Part shown: positions 58,097 to 64,000 of the stretch, piece after piece
Layout of the letters: the number at the start of each line of letters is the position of its first letter
Numbering within the stretch: position 1 is the first letter of the stretch
Source: the human T2T-CHM13v2.0 reference genome, Homo sapiens
Length of the DNA: 64,000 bases
Strand: one strand, 5' to 3'
Assembly (NCBI RefSeq): GCF_009914755.1
Contig: NC_060931.1
The notes under the pieces: model-generated
Databases searched by the model: none
Seen by the model: the letters and a program-made list of their open reading frames with translations, nothing else
What the model was told of the DNA's origin: nothing
Translations under genes and position numbers: made by a program

Positions 58097-58786
58097 CTCA
58101 TCCTTCCCGGCTTAGGCGGGAGAGACAGTGATGATGATATCGGGAGGCCTGAAACCCACCAAAAAGAGTCAGAAGGAAGCTGATTCAATATGGGACTGGC
58201 AATTTCAGGGGGAAAAGATGTCAACACCTTCAAAGGTGGGGCCAGACCCCCTGGAGGTAAAAGTCCCTTCCAATTGGATTCTTAAACACACCCCATCGGA
58301 GAGACCAAAACATGGCTGGTGGAATTCAGGCTTGATTCCCATTTCCCCGGGAGAGGGTGAAAAGGTTCCTACTGGGCTGCTCCAGGGAGCACGCCAAGGA
58401 TCACCAGCGCCATGGGGCAGAAGAAGCTGAGTCCCCCCATGAGCAGCACGGAAAAGAGGGGGTCACCTGAGGCCACAGAGGAGAGGGACTCCTTGGAGGA
58501 GGCAGCAGTAACTAAGTCACACACATAAAGGAAGTGGCATCTGAGAGCTTCCGGCACGCACGCCCAGGGAGGTGGGAGCCTAAGCTTGTGGGTGAGGAGT
58601 GATTTTTCTAGTATGACAAGAAACATAAAATACAAAACAGGTGGTTCTGCCAATAAGTCAGCCCCAGAGGAGCCTGGTGACCCTGGAAATGGGGCCGACC
58701 TGATGTGGACTTAGGGGCTTTGGGGTTTGAGCCCCAGCCTGGACTCCTGAGCTTCAACAAGGGGGCTGGGAGGCAGCCCTCTTTCC

Positions 58787-59083
58787 CTTTTTTTTTTTTT
58801 GAGACGGAATCTTACTGTGTTGTCCAGGCTAGAGTGCAGTGGTACAATCTCGGCTCACTGCAACCTCTGCCTCTTGGGTTCAAGCAATTTCTCCCACCTC
58901 AGCCTCCTGAGTAGCTGAGATGACAGGCGTGCACCACCACGCTCAGCTAATTTTTGTATTTTTAGTAGAGACGGGGTTTCACCATGTTGGCCAGGCTGGT
59001 CTCGAACTCCCAACCTCAGGTGATCCACCCGTCTCGGCCTCCCAAAGTGCTGGGATAACAGGCGTGAGCCACCGCACCTGGCC
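58787..59083 (-). mobile_element. Alu (AluS-like)
   Basis: Reverse Alu consensus. Confidence 0.93.
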
Positions 59084-59633
59084 AGGAGGCTTCTTTCCTG
59101 ATGCTGCTCCTCCAGTGGAGCCAGGTCTGTCCTTCTGAGGCCCCCAAAGCAGTTCAGGCCTAGGCCTGTGCAAGCACTCAGGATCCCACCTCCTCCCTGG
59201 CACTATTTGTTTTCTTTATCTCCGCCTTGAAGCTGTAGTTCCAAACAGGCAGGCCCTTGACTGCTGATTCAGCTGCCGGAGCCAAAACTCATAAAATCCT
59301 ATTTCAAAAAGGTCCAATGATTTTCTTTTCTGATCATAAATATGAAATTTAATTAGCAGCCTGCTGCTAATGAAGTCACCGTGGAAGCCAGCCTGGAGAG
59401 GCGGAGGGAACGTGAACACCTGCAGGCAACAGAACCTACTGCCTGATTAACCCTTCCTCTCCTGCTGCCCCTCACTGGGCCCTTTCTAGGGCCCCATGGG
59501 CCCCGCTGCAGAGGGGCAGCCTCTGGCCTGGAAGGACAAGGAGGGACTGCTCGTTCAGGCAGAGTTGGAGGTGGCTCAGATGTCCCTTCCTTGGGTCTCC
59601 AGGAAGCTCTGGGCACAGCAGCGGGGTACTCGA

Positions 59634-60539
<906 letters not shown>

Positions 60540-60593
60540 CTGTGCTGCAGATCAGAGACCCAGCTTCTGTCTTCTCTTTAAAACCCTCTGGTA

Positions 60594-60890
60594 GGCTGGG
60601 CCCGGTAGCTGACACCTGTAGTCTCAGCAATTTGGGAGGCTGAGGTAGGAGGATCACTTGAGCCCGAGAGTTCGAGACCAGCCTGGGATAGTCAGACCTC
60701 TCTACAAAAGATTTTATAACATTAGCCAGGCATGGTGGTGTGCCCCTGTGGTCCCAGCTACTCGGGAGGCTAAGGTGGGAGGATCACTTGAGCCCAGGAG
60801 TTCAAGAAGCGGTGAGCCATAATCGTGTCACTGCACTCCAGCCTGGGTGACAGAGCGAGACCCTGTCTTTAATAATAATAATAATAAAAC
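60594..60890 (+). mobile_element. Alu (AluJ-like)
   Basis: Forward Alu with (AAT)n tail. Confidence 0.9.
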
Positions 60891-62351
60891 CCTCTGATGG
60901 AACATTGTCCACAGCAAAAGGGAGGCACTGGGAATAATACACAGCTCGGCATAGGAGCTTAAGGGAAGGCCACCGGAGCTCAGAAAGTGCCCAGGGCCTC
61001 TGCTCAATGCTGTGCGTGAGCTGGGGGCACACAGCATAGTCCATTCTGCCTTACAACGGACTGGATGGTGCGGAGTCCTTCTCGCCACCAGCCAGCCTTC
61101 CTGGTAGTGACTTCCAGATACCTTCTGCCCACAACCCAAAAAGATCAGAGGAACCCTATAGTTCCTCCTTCATACTCCACAGAACACATGAAACCCAGGA
61201 CCACCCTATTCCTCCCACTACTCCTGGCTTCATTTTCTCCTCCTATAATGCAGGAATAATAATGCCCATAGTTTGCAGGATTTTAGGGATGATTCAACAA
61301 ATGTCTAAAGAACATGCCTGGCATACAGGAGGAGCTCCATAAATGGGAGACTTTATAATCATCATCTTGCATGAGTTTATGAGTTAAATCCCCAATCCAG
61401 AACTCACTACTATCTGAAGTCCTACGGAGGAGACACGGACTATTTCAAACATGATTCAGGAAGCTGAAGTGAGAATGTGACCATTAATTTCCCAAACATG
61501 TTCGGAAAAACCCAATCCATCTGGTCGGTGCCGACATCACGCTAATATCTACTCAAGCGTGTCCGTGTGTGGAACACAGGGTCTGCAGTCCCAGCGTGTG
61601 TGGATCGTGTGGGGATGTGTCATTTCCCTGCACACAGGTCACGCCTGTGCAGACAGCCTGCATGGGCACTGCACACAGGACCTGGTACACAGACCCCTCC
61701 CTGCAAAATGCAAATACTCATCAGAAGTGAGAAGGAGCCGTGCTCCCCCCGATAGAGCCTGCAACGTAAAACTTTAGATTTAGTCTGTGGTCAAGGCACA
61801 CAGGATTATATTCTAGTAAAAAGTTTATGACAGAAGGTAATAGAGTTTTTGAGGGATTTTTTTTCTCGCCGGATTTTTTTTTTTTAAACAGAAGCGTATT
61901 GCAATTCTGCAGGTATTTGGGTCCCAGCTCCTGAACGAGTAGGAACAGCTCAGGTTTTGCTCCCTGCACCTCTGCAGGGAACCCTCCTAGGGTCATGGCT
62001 GAGGTTGTTGGGATGCTGGAGCCGGAACCCCTCAGGTATCACGGTCAGCACCAACAGGTGCAGCTGGCTTCCAGGATTAAATGTTACCGGTAAGCTGAGT
62101 TTGTGTAAATCAAACTCTCTTCTCCCCATTGACTGGATTTAGAGCTGACTCCTCACCTATGCAACTGCCCTCCACAGCCCCTGCTCACAGCCTCAAATTC
62201 CTCACTCAAAGTGTCGCCCATCGGCCGCAGCGTCAGCAGGTGCTTCACCTGCCGCATTTTGAGCCTCACCTCAGCCCTTCGGAACGGAGCCTGCGGTTTA
62301 ACAGGCTCCCCAGGTGACGCTCACACACACTGATAAACGCCGCTCCAACTC

Positions 62352-62463
62352 ACCCCTCCCTGTGCGCAGAGACGTGGGTCCCCGACTCTTGGTTCACTCC
62401 CTGCCTGACCCCTCCCCGTGCGCAGAGATGTGGGTCACCGACTGCCGGTTCACTCCCTGCCTG
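62352..62463. repeat. 56-bp tandem duplication (2 copies)
   Basis: ACCCCTCCCYGTGCGCAGAGAYGTGGGTCMCCGACT...GGTTCACTCCCTGCCTG at 62352 and 62408. Confidence 0.93.
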
Positions 62464-62809
62464 AGTCTTTCAGGACTTTGGTTTGAAGCACTATAGAATT
62501 CGTCCATGTAACTAAAAACCACTAGTACCCCAAAAGTGATAGAAAATTTTAAAAAATCTGTTAAAAAAACCCCAAACAAGTTAAATATTTAAAAATCAGA
62601 TAATATTTCATATAAGTTTTTTCAGTGCACTTGAAGTCTTCTTTGGGGACAGGGTGCCTAGTGAATCCGACCCTCCACAAATCCCACCTCATGGCCAACC
62701 TTGGTCCACTGCAACCTCCGCCTCCCAGGTTCACATGATTCTCGTGCCTCAGCCGCCTGAGCAGCTGGGATTACAGGCACCCACCACCATGCCTGGCTAT
62801 TTTTTAAAG

Positions 62810-64000
<1,191 letters not shown>

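Overview
This is human/primate genomic DNA, dense in Alus, from the CARD11 (CARMA1) locus, which is transcribed on the minus strand. Thirteen exons (2-14) can be placed to the base. All have GT-AG boundaries and splice into one uninterrupted frame, [26 protein letters not shown]...DSGGFDALDLD (codons 1-603: CARD, LATCH, coiled coil and most of the inhibitory linker). Exon 1 lies beyond the right edge and exon 15 onward beyond the left edge; 34055-64000 is intron 1. The rest is Alu, L1, L2/MIR, MLT/LTR8 LTRs, a hAT-like DNA element, several minisatellites, long purine/pyrimidine tracts and a 1.7-kb (CACT/CATT/CATC)n array. I found no new gene family or microbial-type system. The best candidates for a second look are: (1) a frame-preserving 171-nt cryptic exon in intron 14 next to a 33/35-bp VNTR; (2) two uORFs plus a weak Met1 / strong Met8 start arrangement; (3) a degenerate copy of the exon 6 3' end with a dead donor in intron 7; (4) a ~90%-identical non-Alu inverted repeat interleaved with a local direct duplication in intron 1; (5) a block of five phase-0 exons bracketed by inverted Alus; (6) an NRF1-like motif cluster at the probable start of an antisense transcript. 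Repeat boundaries and subfamily names were judged by eye and are approximate.
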